DNA from: Scyliorhinus canicula | Lineage: Eukaryota | DNA length: 64,000 nucleotides | Assembly: GCF_902713615.1 (NCBI RefSeq) | Contig: NC_052154.1 | Location: forward strand, 91,829,030-91,893,029 | Direction: 5' to 3' | Part shown: one piece after another, positions 50,352 through 63,369 of the stretch | Position numbering within the stretch: position 1 is the stretch's first letter | Layout: the number at the start of each line of letters is the position of its first letter | Translations under genes and position numbers: made by a program | The notes under the pieces: generated by a model | Told to the model about the DNA's origin: nothing | Databases searched by the model: none | What the model saw: only the letters and a program-made list of their open reading frames with translations

Positions 50352-50385
<34 letters not shown>
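50351..50385. repeat. (AT)n microsatellite
   Basis: catatatata...tatat with one interruption. Confidence 0.95.
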
Positions 50386-51392
50386 TCCGGCAGTCACTAT
50401 GATTATGGCTAATCTTTTATGTCAAATCCATACTCCCACTATCACCCCCTATACCTTGATGCATTTTAGACATCTATTTCATTCCTTCGTAAATATATTC
50501 ATGAGTTGGCCTCCTTAGCATTCTGTGGGAGATAATGGCAAACGTTCAACAATTCTTAGTTAAGACAGTTTTTCTAGTGAAGTATGCAATAACACGCATT
50601 CCAAGACTGTGACACCTCGTTCTACAACCCCTGCCAGAGGAACATCGTCCCTGCAACTGGTCAGTTCAGCGCTGTCAGAATATATACTTTTCAATGAAAT
50701 CGCTTCTCATTCTTCTAACTTCCACTGAATACAGATCTAGTCGCCAAAGTCTCTTCTTCTGCTAGAGTGCGACCATCCCAGGAATCAGCTTGGTGATTCT
50801 CCGCTACATTCCATTTAAGGCAAGTCTATCCGTTTGAGGGAATGATTTCAAAGTTTTACAGAATGCTCCAGTCGTGGTCTCACCAAGGCACTGTGTATCT
50901 GCAACAAGACATCCTTGACCCAGCACACAATTCCTCTTGTGATCGTGAAAAAAGTCAGGGCGGCACATCTCATTGTTGCGTGGTGTAGTCGACCAATTAG
51001 GTTTTGCATAATTTTAGTACTTCTGAATGTTTGAAGAAATCCGCAAGACGCTCAAATAAGTAACATGTTGCTTTCCAAAATAAAACTGAAGTCACTTGGC
51101 CTTTTGAATTATAAAGCTGCATTTAATTTTGCCTTTGTGTTTTAATGGCAGAACTTTTTGTCATTGAAAGTTTTAGAGGCATCTAGCATACGCAGATGTT
51201 GACATTGTTCTTTGCCTCTGATTTTGATCCAATGCCACGTGATCACTCATGGTTGCACGATAAGTATTATGAAATACAGTGAAAGTACAATAAAAAATTG
51301 AAAGTTCCTTGCAATGACTTTCTATGGTTCATGGTACTCGAATTTGTTTCTGATTCTTTCATCTATTAAGGAAAATATTTTTTTCTTTGCAG

Positions 51393-51690
51393 TCCCTCCG
51401 ACTCCTCTCGAGATCGTCAACAACCGCAGGATCAGCAGTTCCACTGATACTTGCATGTATAACGGCTGTGTTTTCCCCGGAGGATCTGAATATTATTTGG
51501 TTCAGAAATGGATCAGAATTTGGAAACGTGGGGAAAGCAATCAAACGGCAGAATACAACAGGACTGTATGAGGTTTGGAGCACCCTGTCTGATCCAGAGC
51601 GTATAGAGAGTGAGACGGTTTACATGTGCCAGGTGTCTCACATTTCTCTTCGGATGCCAGCCAATGTCAGCTACACTTTTCGTAATTTGG
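51393..51690 (+). pseudogene. IgSF gene B C1-set domain exon, 1-nt frameshift near its start
   Basis: tttttttctttgcag|VPPTPLEIVNN / GSAVPLILACITAVFSPEDLNIIWFRNG...TGLYEVWSTLS...VYMCQVSHISLRMPANVSYTFRNL-G|gtagga; C1 hallmarks F-x-P, W and YxCxVxH; length 298 (3n+1). Confidence 0.88.
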
Positions 51691-51870
51691 GTAGGACCAG
51701 GAAATTATATTATTATCCTCTGTTATCGTGTTCTTAGAAAGTGATGACAATTTCAGATCCGTGTGCTATATGATCTACTGTCAACACCCTTGCAACTGTA
51801 GCAATTTTAATTCACAGACCTAAAAGTCATATGTGATCATTTTATTTTTCACCCATTGGTATTTAGCAAG

Positions 51871-51975
51871 ATGATCGATTTCGTCACATTATTCTGGGCA
51901 ATAGCCATGGCCATCCTGTTGAACTTTGTTATACCTTCACAATACAATCTCCCAGGGACTATGTGTGGAAAATTG
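51871..51975 (+). pseudogene. candidate gene B transmembrane exon (frameshifted)
   Basis: atttagcaag|DDRFRHIILG(+1)IAMAILLNFVIPSQYNLP; 180 nt after the C1 exon; donor uncertain. Confidence 0.35.
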
Positions 51976-53059
51976 GTGTAAAAGCGTTTCTCGAGAGGTA
52001 TGATAGCATATTTATTCTCAAAGGTTCTTGATCTACGTTACAGTTATGTAAGACTTTCAGTTTTCAGAGTAACGTGTGCACTGTCCCCTTTGTAAACATA
52101 AGATTTAATCTAAATAGTCGCAACTGGTGGTCCAGTTGAAGTAAGCGATGGCTTCCTGCACGTTCTGGAAACGTGTCTGTAGTTGTGTAATTAGAGATCC
52201 GACCAGAAGCACACATAAGGTTCGAAGCACTAATGTTCGTCAACTGTTAATTCTGCAGCTAGAAATATAAGTTGATATATGTAACTCAGGACATTCTTCT
52301 TCAGTCTGGCGTTTGGCCGTCACATGGTCTAAAATGCATTGAGGGACTACCCCGGCAATGTCATTGTAAACTACTTAGCTGATGGATACACACGGAATGG
52401 GGGGATTCTCAACAATTTTGATGGGTAAACATTAATTACCCACAATCTCCATGGAAGAATTTGAGTACTCGGATGTTACTGAGTCTTTCCAGATGAATAA
52501 AACATGCACAGATTGCAGTTAAACCCAAACTATTTCATTTACCATTCGCACAGGTGGCACTGAAATCAGTTGTACTCTAATGCGGCTGTTGTCTTGAAAT
52601 TATTTCGTATACATTCAGGAGACCTGAAATAACTTTCTTTCAGAACATTGAAGTTCATTTTAATGGATTTATTCCCTGTTTCTTTTTCTAAATATTTCAT
52701 AGAGTGTTTGCGCCGCGAGTATATGGCGAGTCTTATTTTTTCCTTAAACCATATTGTCGAACAGCTCAGTGTCGGGGTGCGTGTAAAATCACAGTGCAGT
52801 TAGGAAGGTAGTCCGAGCATATTCAACCAGGATAACGAAGATACAAAAACATAAATCACAACTTCAATTCTATGTGGTTGGTGGCTAATTTTTTGTGGTG
52901 GTGTTTCAATGCAGGTTTTTCCCTTGACCTCCGACGTGGCAGAATTGCGGACTTCATAGGTCCTTCAGAAAATGGTTTGGTTAGTTGCGTCAGTGCAGAA
53001 CATAGATGGCACTCATTAATTTCCACTTTACTTTGGTGGTTAAATAAGTGAATGATGAA

Positions 53060-54170
53060 CGTGGTGGTCGGAATAGAACGTCTGCACTTTTGTTAGAGCT
53101 GAACTTAGCTTGGCAAGTGGAGAGTATTCCATCACACTCCTGATCTATGCACACTATGAGGTGCCTGGTCCAGTTCCACTTCGCATCAATGGGGGCCGAC
53201 AGGGAGCCGATAGTGGTGGTTTCAGTGATGGCAATGCTGTTCAATATCAAGGGGAGATGTGTCGATTCTATGTTATTTGTTACTGTAGGTGGTCAATCCT
53301 TCGTACTTGTGTAGTGTGAATATTATGCGGCACAGGTTTAACGAGGCTGAGCATACGTCCGTGTATTTCTGCATGCGGCGATTGCCTGATTTTCTAATTA
53401 AGGAACGACTAGTTATACTGAATTATATCCGGTCATCAACGAATATGCCCACTTCTGATTTACTGACAGAAGGCAGGTCATTAATACAGGCGTTTAAGAT
53501 GCGTTGGTCCATGACACAATGCTGAGTTATTCCTGTAGTTATGTTCCGCAGATAAATGCATCGGCCTTCAACAAGCGCAAACATATTCCCTTGTGTTAGG
53601 TATGGACGTAGGCAGTGGATGTTTCCCCCTCTTGTTATGAGTCATTTCAACTTTGACAGGACTTCTTGGTACCTTTCAAAAACAAGGTCCCTTGCCTTAC
53701 ATCTGCAACTGAACTTTGTTTTTTGCAAAACTGTAAATAATTCTGTCGCCGACTGTTTCGAATAGAACCCAAACTGAATATCAGTACCTAGGAAATTTTG
53801 GATGATGGTGTTATTAGAGATGATTCCTTCACGCAGTTTCTCAATTCCCCACCAAAACTTCAGCCTGGATATGACACAGTTGCAGACTTTAATTTGATTT
53901 ATTCATTTGGGTTGACTAATTTCCCTGCAGTACCGGTTAGGTCTGCTATTCACCACGCATCTGATCGCGTGGTGTATTTGCATCAGGTTGGCAAATCTTT
54001 TTCTGTTTGTTTGGTGCATAACACTTGCACCCCTCACAGAATGAGCTTGATACCCGCGCTTTATAATATTGTTGGCTTGAGGGAAATGCTGGACCACGAG
54101 TTTAGAGAAACTACTGCTGCTACTGATTATCCCCTTGCTTTCCCTTGCTATCTAGTTTAGAGCTGCTGGA
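53060..54170 (-). mobile_element. old, highly degraded LINE (same family as 8690-9170)
   Basis: Residual tracts such as ggcaggtcattaatacaggcgtttaagatg and tcaaggggagatg resembling that family's RT/endonuclease. Confidence 0.5.
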
Positions 54171-55044
54171 CTGTTTTTTATTGACTGACTCCATTACACA
54201 TTTCACGTGCGTTCAGTAACACATCAAAAACAAAAATTCTGAGGAAACCACAAAGTAAATGTGGCAAAAGACTATGGAGGCTGAAACGTTAAATTGTTTT
54301 TCATTCGCAATACTCTGAGAGCTATTTAGTGCGTCCATCATGTTCCACATTTTATTTCTGATTTCCAGCATCTGTAATATTTTACTCTTTCAGGAATCCT
54401 CCTGAGTCCGATAAATTGGCACAATAAGATGCGAGACTGGTAGCCTCATTAATAATGATCATAGCGAATATATCCCTTTTGTTTTATATCGGCTAAGTCG
54501 ATATTTCCTTCCTCCGCTGCTTTTAACCTTGCATAGAAACATCATATAGAATGTACCTCATGCGTTACTGTCTATCTAAACCAGAATCATCACAGGAAAT
54601 GTTCCCATGTGTTTACTATGCTTACAGCAAGTGACCACATAGCAAATATTACTCTGGGATTTCGGATAGATATAAGGGAAGGATTTGGAGATATTTGGCA
54701 ATTAATGTCTTCTAACGCAGTATGCGGTTTGCAAATTACGTATATGTTCACATTAATTGCACAGATTACGATAACGCTCTTTATTCAATTGTGTTCAGTT
54801 GTCTGGAGAAGGATTGTTAATATTTTTCGTCGCATTTTCCATTATGAAGCGAATCGGTAAGAACCAGTCTACGTATTCAGTAGATTTTTCAGGAACTCTT
54901 CAGATACAATTAAGTGCTAGAACATCTCAAAAGTGAACACAGTATCTATAACTTCTCTGAATGCAAATAGTCACTCTGGGATTGTGCCACATCAATCAGG
55001 GACCGAGCCACGTCACTGTGGGACTGTGGCAAGTCACTCTATGT

Positions 55045-55440
55045 GTCACTCAGGTCAGCCAGCACCAGCTAATGGTCACGACGCCCGCATGCATGGCCCG
55101 TTGTGACTAAGCACGCTCCGGAGCGTTGCAGCACTGTCCATCTGGCCTTGGCGCATGGCTGCCTGTGACATGACCGCCCTGTCCCGTGTCTCAGCCACCG
55201 ACTGTGCTCCAGCCCTTGGACATTCTGCCCCATGGCCAATACCATTGTGCCCAAGACCACCAACGCAGATGCCAAACGTGCTGTCTTGGCCTGGGTGGCA
55301 CACATAGTCGGCACGGCCTCTTGCTGCGGTTGGACTCCAGCTACTGCACCGACAGGCGCTGCATGCTTGCTGACACGTAGTTCCCGGCTCTGTGACTGCA
55401 TCTCCAGAGTTACAAAGCCAGAGCTCAGAGTGTGGACAGG
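55045..55440 (-). mobile_element. Harbinger Myb-ORF C-terminal fragment
   Basis: Similar in sequence and GC-rich composition to 43740-43900 on the opposite strand. Confidence 0.55.
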
Positions 55441-55714
55441 GACACATCACTAATCCAGCTCCTTCCCTGCTACAAAAACAAATTCAAATTGAATCCAATT
55501 CATGATCCCCACAGGAGAGACATAACAGATCCAGGAATTACACCTGACCTCATGCTCATCTTAGTCAAAGGCCGAGACGTGATGACCAAACCTGGATGTT
55601 TTGCTCGATCTTAAAGGCTGTTCCGGCTTCACATACAGGAGAATCAAGTTCATGATTTCCTCTTTCGAAATCCATGTTGGCTTTGAGTAATGAACCCAAG
55701 TTTCTGCATGTGAC

Positions 55715-56760
55715 TAACAATGCTCTTCCAAATACTTATTACTAAATGGTTGCCCACTTCTGTTGATAACGCTCCGGCTGCAAATCCGTTGGCTATCCTG
55801 ACAACCTTCTTTGGAACGGGGAATAATATTTACAATTCTCCACTCCCGTTGCCCCTCTGCTGAGACGAGGAAAGACTGGGGAATAATGATCACTGTCCCT
55901 GAAATTTCGATTCTCACTTTCTTCAACATCCTTTGATGCATCTCATCCGGTCCCGATGCCTTGTCATTTTTCAGTATTGACCATCTATTCAACACTTCCT
56001 CATTGCCAATAATGAACCTTTGGGGCAAACGTTCTTTGTCTGTTTCCAATACCAATAACGACAAATGCCTGTTTTAATTTTATTGCCTCAGCTATGCAGC
56101 CAGCTTTCGTTTTCAAATTTCCCTTTAGGTCCCTAATCGTCCCAATTCTTCGTTATATTTATATCATTGAAAAAAAACACTATTTATCTGCCTATTGAAC
56201 ACTTTCGCGTTCCCTTTGATGTTATCTGCAAGTCTTTTTTCACAATCGCACTTCACCTCCCTACCACTGAACCTTCTGTATGCCTCCTGGTTCTGAATTG
56301 AATTTTTTACCTGACACCTGTCGTAGGCAAAAGTTTTCTTCCTCATGTGACTGTCGATGCCCCTTTTCATCCAAGAGGCTCTTTACTTGTTTTCTCGAAC
56401 TTTCACTATTCAATGGATATACATCCATATATCCATCGATATGCCTAAATGGCTGGCATTTAGGGCAGACCAAGGCCGCCCAGCAGCGCGTGTTCAATTC
56501 CCGTACTAGCCTTCCCGAACAGGCGCCAGAATGTGGCGACGAGAGGCTTTTCACTGGAATATCATTTAAAGCCTACTTGTGACAATAAGCGATTTTCATT
56601 TCCTTTCGTTACATTAACTGCATCTGGTCCATTTCAGTTTCGAAGGTCTAGCTAATATTTTTGTTGTCCCGCCAAACTTTCATTACAGTCTAAACTGTCC
56701 GACTGCGGTATTTTTACGTTATACTCGTTATACTCACTTTTACGTGGCACCTGGAGTAAT
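55715..56760 (-). mobile_element. degraded CR1 with nested SINE family B (56455-56600, +)
   Basis: KASGPDEMHQRMLKKV, REWRIVNIIP; SINE tagggcagaccaaggccgcccagcagcgcgtgttcaattcccgtac...gtgacaataagcgattttcatttc. Confidence 0.7.
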
Positions 56761-57666
56761 CTAGTGATTACTACATTTGAGCTCCTATGCGCATTTTCCT
56801 TTGCACTGCAACCAAAATATTGTTTACAGGACCGCTCCCACCATACCATCGGAGTGATTGATACCAGCGTGGAGCGCGAATGCTGGCTATTGCCCTGCCA
56901 CAGGAGAATGCCTGAGCCGCCGGTGACATATCCTTGACACTCTGCACCAGGGAAGCAACCTACCGTGTTGAGTCATGTCAGCGACCACAGAACCGGCGGT
57001 CTCTTCCCATAAATAATAAATCCCCTATCATTCTTCTTCTTATTATTCTTATCCCCGGTTCTACACGGCAGAGCCTCGCAGAGTCAGAATTCTGGCTCTG
57101 ACTGCAATCTTCCGAGGAGGATACATTTAGATATATCTATGTGACATAAATTCGTAATTAGGAATCTCGTATTCACCCACTTCCCCAGAAACTTGCAATT
57201 TCTGCTTCTTTTTCAGTACGTGTGTTTTCACAACAAAGACAGTGCAGACAACGTGAAAAGGAACATGTAAACGCCACACAGATAGTCACCCATGGTGGAA
57301 ATTGAAAGCACTGCTAACCACTTTGTCACCATGTTGCCCTATGCCATGGGGGTGCAGCGTCAACACCGAGTGCTCCCAAAACGACTCACTACTACAAGTG
57401 GGCACAGGGGTGATGTTGATACAGAAGATGGACGGTCACTCTTGATGGACTTAACCCCGCTGGGGTATCACATCCCCTGAGGGGGATTCTCCATCAGCTG
57501 ACACTGGAATCAGGAAACACGATTGGGTAGAAAATGGTGTGTGAGGCAACAGCGTGGTTGCCACCAGGCGACCAACAGAATGCCATGCTCTGGTACCTCG
57601 ACAGTGACATCAGTGACATCAGTGCATTCTACTTCATAAGTGCGCAAAACGCCGTTGGCATATCCT

Positions 57667-58838
57667 GGGCTGGATTCTCCGACTTCGAGACTATGGCCTG
57701 GAATCTCTGCTCACTGGTGCCGAAATCGCGTTGGGCAACAGGGCGGAGAATCCGTTTTGATGCTAAAATCGGCAGAGGCGGTGGTTTTTCAATTCGCCAC
57801 CCCCTAGTATCCACCACCTCAGGCCCATGATGCTCTGTTGCCAACTGAACGAATACCCAATGGCGTGGATTACGTGTGCTCACATAATCCCGGATCCTTG
57901 CATTGCAGTTGCGGACTCAGCCTGCGACTGCCACAGTCGGGGAAGGGCCGATCGGCGGGCAGGAGGTTCTTCATTAGGGGCAGGGGGCAATGAGGGGGCA
58001 TGGCACAGTGTGTTCGGCCGACTGATACGGGCACTACTTTGGCAGTCTAGGTCCGCGGGCTGAGTCCACCATGGAGAATGGCGCCACCTCTGCAGGTCAC
58101 CACCATGGGCATGTGCAGCCTCTCAAACGGAAGTGCTAGAGGCCATATCAGCAGCTAGAGCTGCAAGCTCTATGACGGCTCCCTGCTAACCCCCAGCAAA
58201 ACATTGAATCGGTGGCCCTTTCACACCAGTTGTCTAGGCGTTAGAGACCACCGTTTTCACGACAGCGTGGAGACTTAGTCCCAAAACCAGAGAATCCTGC
58301 TCTATGCCCCAGGTTGACATGGAAACAGTGGAACACTGCTGCAAAACGGCGAACAATTCCTCGTGTTGCTGGGAGACAGCTGTGCGGCAGCGTAGCGCAC
58401 CCGGCTCCAGCTAACAATATGGCCTGGAGAATTGCTGGGAACGTGGCCCCCGCATGCGCACGACGGTGGCCTGCAGTCACCGCGCCATGCTTCATGGTGG
58501 ATGCTGCTTGTGGACCCGGATGTCAGTTGCGGGCCCAGCCCGCAAAATAGTCCTCCCCTTCGGCTTGCTCGTGCTGCCTCATGACAGTGTCTCCAGCCGT
58601 GAATATGTTCACCAGAACCCGTGGATCGGCCCTTCCCAGATTGTGGCGATGCTGGATTGAGTCTGCAGCCACCACACTCAGTTCCCGATGGGTGAGACCA
58701 CACCTGTCCCACACCAGCGGGAACTCCTACCCCAGGGATGGAGCAAAGTGGGGCGTGCCTCAACCAAAGTATGGAGCCTCGGCTTTTCAGGGGGTGGAGA
58801 ATTGTAATTTCGGCGTCGTGGATCGGAGAATCCAGCCC
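57667..58838. mobile_element. non-autonomous PIF/Harbinger-type element(s) bounded by perfect 15-nt inverted termini
   Basis: GGGCTGGATTCTCCG (57667-57681) and CGGAGAATCCAGCCC (58824-58838); related termini at ~57482, ~57742 and ~58290 suggest nesting; no matching 3-nt TSD seen. Confidence 0.7.
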
Positions 58839-60329
58839 CATTAGCCTGCCTGACCTGGCATTCTGTAGGGTCTCTGCCATCTTCCACCTCCGCCAGGAGG
58901 AATTACCGATGGTGAGTTTCACTTGCAGTTTCATATATCGGGAAACAGGCGCCCTGATGGCTGATGGAGAGAGAGCGGGGTACGGAAAGTGTCCAACATC
59001 GCCAGAGTATGCTGACAGTTGTGCCACTGACCGGGGGGCTACTGCCAGGGCCAGGGGGAATTTCATGTGGCAGCCAGAGGGTGGGCCCTGGGAGGTGGGG
59101 CGGGCATGGGACACCATTGCCGCAGCCTGCAAGGTGGTCATCCGACTGTGCATGCCCCTGAATGCCCACTATGAACTTCGTGCCACAGGCCGTACGGGTG
59201 TTCCCAAGCTCCCCCCCTTGCTATCCTCTGGCTGCAGCCGACACATAAACAGGATGGGTCTGCTCCAGTGCGACCAGTGCCATCGTGTTTGCTGGGACTG
59301 GTGTGGGTGGGAAGTGAAGTGCTAATTTGCAGGTGCAATTTATCAGCGGCTCGAGTGCCAATCCCAACCCCGCGAATCCGACACAGTTTTTCATTGGAAT
59401 ATCTCATGTTCCACGTGGCGCCTCTACTAGCCTATTCAGGAATTGCCCTGTGACCAACACAAATTTTGCTCGTAGAAGTCCACCAATTCTGTGACAACAT
59501 CAACACTTATGGCAGTATTCTTCGTTGATTGAGGCCAGAAAGGTGGACAATCGGTTATGAGGGAAAAATCATGGCCGATGCCTGCCGCTTGCCAGAATGC
59601 CCATGCTCCGATGGCTCGACAGCCGCATCAAAGCATTGTACCCCGCATGTACAGAACATGTCAACTGCATATCATTAGCGGACCTGACCCGGTATTCTCC
59701 TGGCCAAATGGGTGCCCAAACCTCACCACCTCTGCATAACAGCCACAGTCCCCACACAACTAACTTCACCCCCAGCCAGCTGCCCCCCCCCCCACCAGTG
59801 TGACAGCATGCAGCCCACCCAAGGCGAACGCCAACAGTAGCCCATGAAGCAGGGCACCAGACAGCAGCCGCAGAGCATACCGCTGGCATGATAATGCCAG
59901 CCAATGGTACACCTGGCTGCAGTGATGGGTTCCAGGGCCAGAGGACCCACAATGACTGGCACCAACGGGGATGCGGAGGGCAGAGGGCCAGGAGAAATGG
60001 CTGAGGGAGTTTGTTCGCATGGGAAAGGAGGGGGGAGGTGGACCTGCGGAGCAGGGGCTACAGTGCAGACCGGGACAACAATATAGCCTAATAGATGTGG
60101 TTCGGCTCGCCGGTATTCAACATGCTAACATGTCTGACTTTCACACCTGCAGACAATGGACTTTTCAATCCAAACAGGTCGTGGGCCTTCATCCGAGTAG
60201 CCACAGCTCTGGGGAGGGCACTGAGGCTGTACGGGCTGGTGCTGCTCGAGAAGGACCCTGCAGCAGCGGAGCCTACCCCTGATGAACAGGAGGCAGTGGT
60301 CAGGATAGTGAGTCCGAGGAGGAGTTGGG

Positions 60330-60900
60330 AAGAGGACAACAGGTCAGGCCTTGTGTTTACTGGCAGCACCTCGCATTCAAGGGCCTGCTGGATTGGGCAT
60401 TCTGTCGAAGTTTCCTGCTTAGCAGGTTGACCATATGACATTGTTTGCCAGATCGTGATGCAACTGGCACCGCAGAGGACACCGCATCCGGTGGCCATCG
60501 AGGTGAGACCCGCCCTGATCATTTCAGCTACAGGGCCCTTCCAGGCATTGAGTGGAAATGTGTGTAGAATGTCAGTGGCCTGTGGACACAGGTACACGCA
60601 TGCCATCATGGAGTTCCTATATGCCCGGTCAGCACAATATATCAAATTCAATGTGCACTGAGACAACCAGGATGCCTGAGGAACTGGGTTTGTCGTCATC
60701 GCCAGGATGCTCCAGGTACAGGGATGATCGCTGGGATGCACGTGCTTCAGCATTCTGTATATGCAGTTCAGGTAACTGGACTGCTCTGGAAGGGCTTTCC
60801 AGTATAGTGCTAAGAGAGTCTCCCACATTGTGATGGCAAGCTGCATCGTCCATATCATCGCGCCACAGAGGGCAATGTGTTGCCATGAGGAAGAAGAACG
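60330..60900 (+). mobile_element. Harbinger (HARBI1/DDE_Tnp_4-like) transposase remnant, catalytic core largely deleted
   Basis: HPVAIEVRPALIISATGPFQALSG, FLYARSAQYIKF, and C-terminal LDCSGRAFQYSAKRVSHIVMASCIVHIIA. Confidence 0.75.
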
Positions 60901-61379
60901 GCAGGCCTCATCGGACAATGAAGATCTGGGGGGTGGGGGGAGGGCTGGGGGGGGGGGGGGGGTAGAGGATGGTCAGGACATGCGCCCAGGCAGGCAAAGG
61001 AGGCCGCACAAAATGTTCACCAGGCTGACATGTATGGTACACTTTAATTGCCTGTAGCTTCAACGACTCGGGGCCTGACCAGCAACACAGACATCCCATC
61101 CTACCCCCAGGACCTCCCGGCCGACCACACCCTCCCATGAATACCTTCCTTGATTCCCCCCTTTGCAACTCCGTCTCTGATTCCTACCTGACTCAATGCG
61201 GGATGCTGGCCCTGGATGGACAAAAGCAGCCAGTCTGGTCCACTGGATTGAGGATGATGGCAACCCACTCTGGAATGAACTTTGATGCTTCTCACCGTTT
61301 GGCAAAGTCTCACGTCTGCCAATGGCAGCAGTTATCACCGTTCACCTGAGTGATCCCTACATGCGAGCTGGCAGTTAAA

Positions 61380-62835
61380 TCACAAGATCCCACTGGACCC
61401 TTGAGGTGGTGCAGGTGGGGCTGACGGAGAGGCGAGGAGGGAGGGAGTGGGCGGATATATGATGGAGAGGGATGGGGTGGGACACCAGACCTGGATGGGC
61501 CTGGCTGATGCCCGGGTGTCCCAAATTGTCTGGTTCTGCCTGCTGCCCATCAGATACATCTGTGACAGGTATGGGAGTCCACGGTGCTGTGGTGTTCCGG
61601 CACCGCTCCTGCAGGAGTCATCAGCATGGGCCCCATTCACCTCCTCCTCTCTCATGGTTCCTGAATGCCCCCAGGATTACTCGTTGGGACGGGGGTGCAA
61701 GGAGACTTAACTCTTGACTCTCCACCAAAGCATGGCGCTGCTAAACCTGGAGGCCCGCTCCCGTCTTGACCATGGTTTCAAAGTTTAAGCCCATGGAGCA
61801 CGTGTACCGCAGCACATGTGTGGTGTGCACCATAGAGTGCCCCAGGAGCCTCCACACTAAACTGCCCTACCAGGTGATTATGTCTGTGATTGTGGAGGGT
61901 GCAATAGGCAGCTATATCGGGACGTCAGTGTCATCCAGGGACTGGTGCTCTGGTGTGCCTCGGGCTGCGAGTCGAGATCTTCCGCCACTGTCCATGTCCT
62001 CATCCTTGTTGCAAACCTCTCGGGGTTAGGTTTGTGATCGGGGGCAGAGGACGGTAGAGGACACAATCCCAGGAGACCCTACAAGGCACAAGACATGATA
62101 CATAATTGGATTGCAGATGTTGTGGGTGTTGTGTTCGTGAATTAGTGATGGAAGGGGTTGTTGGGGTGCTGGGGTAGTGTGGATAGAGAGGGTGTGTGGG
62201 AATGTTGCTGAATGGGGCGTGTGCGGGTGCTGTTGTGGGTGCTGACACACATGCTACAGGGAACTACAACTCAACGGGGTCTCACTTGCTCGCCTTATGT
62301 CGGCCTCTAACACAGTGTCTGCCCTTTCTCCGGTACCAACACCCAGTCCAGTGCCCGCTGCTGGACTGCAATGAGGAGGGGCAGGCCTGTCTGTCCCCCC
62401 CCCCCCCATTCTGTTCCCTATCCGGCAGTTGTGGGCCGCCTTCACCTTGGGGGAGGGGGGCAGAAAATTCACTGTGTTAGGCAGTTGGACGCATGTAGCA
62501 CAGGGGTGTGTAGCTGGTAGCTTTTGTGGCCAATGCACCGGGTTATGATGGGTGGTATGGGTGTTGGCATTTGGTGCAGGTAGGGGGTTCGCTCAACCTG
62601 CGGGTGGGGGGGGGGGGGTTGTGGCGGGGTTACGAGTGTTTGGGACGAGGGTTGGTGTTCAGGGCACAGTGCTGCATAATCAAGCTGGCCTCACTGAGGA
62701 GATCATGCAATTTTACAACACTGCTCTCCTGTCCAAGCAGTGGGCTCCGCAGCACTCAGAACCTCCACCATCAATGCCCAGGTGCAGTGTCCGGAGGCAT
62801 TCATTAACTGGCGTGCATAAATGTCAGAAACGCCC
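61380..62835 (-). mobile_element. Harbinger Myb/SANT ORF remnant, convergent with the transposase
   Basis: VEVLSAAEPTAWTGEQCCK at ~62690-62770 on the minus strand; GC-rich exon-like fragments downstream. Confidence 0.55.
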
Positions 62836-62869
62836 CCCTTTTAAAGTGCAACCTGTCGTAGTGAAGGTG

Positions 62870-63135
62870 CATAAAGGGGACATAGCCTCAAAATAAGGGG
62901 AAGTAGATGTAGGACTGGGTTTAGGAGGAACTACTTCACCTCAAAGGGTTGTGAATCTATGGAATTCCTTGCCCAGTGTTGCAGTTAAGGCTCCTTCATT
63001 AAATGTTTTTAAGGAAAAGATAGATATTTTTTGAAGAATAAAGGGATTAAGGGTTATAGTGTTCGGGCCGGAAAGTGGAGCTGAGTCCACAAAAGATCAG
63101 CCATGATCTCACTGAATGGCGGAGCAGGCTCGAGG
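62870..63135 (+). mobile_element. CR1 3' end
   Basis: gggttgtgaatctatggaattccttgcccagtg...ggaaagtggagctgagtccacaaaagatcagccatgatc. Confidence 0.85.
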
Positions 63136-63369
63136 GATTGATAGGGAAGTTGTTCGCACAGTGATGGGAGGGAGAGGGTGTGTGTGGGAACGAGGGAACG
63201 ACTAAGGTTAGTGTGAGGGATCGCCGTGCGGGTGGGGCCTTTGCAGGTTGGCTTTGGCGATGGAAGGTGGATCTCGAAGGGTAACCTGTGTGTTTGTGTG
63301 GCAAACGGGGGCTGGATGGCTCCCAAGTGAGTCTCGTTCTGTGTTCTTTCAGCATTTAGTCTGGAGTTT

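Noticed and set aside
54721-54856. Spliceable exon VCGLQITYMFTLIAQITITLFIQLCSVVWRR... as an alternative gene B TM
   Set aside because: Polar residues break the hydrophobic run and a closer candidate exists at 51871; cannot be decided without transcripts.
58302-60918. Long ORFs of 283, 195 and 276 aa
   Set aside because: GC-rich Harbinger-derived or antisense frames without domain motifs.
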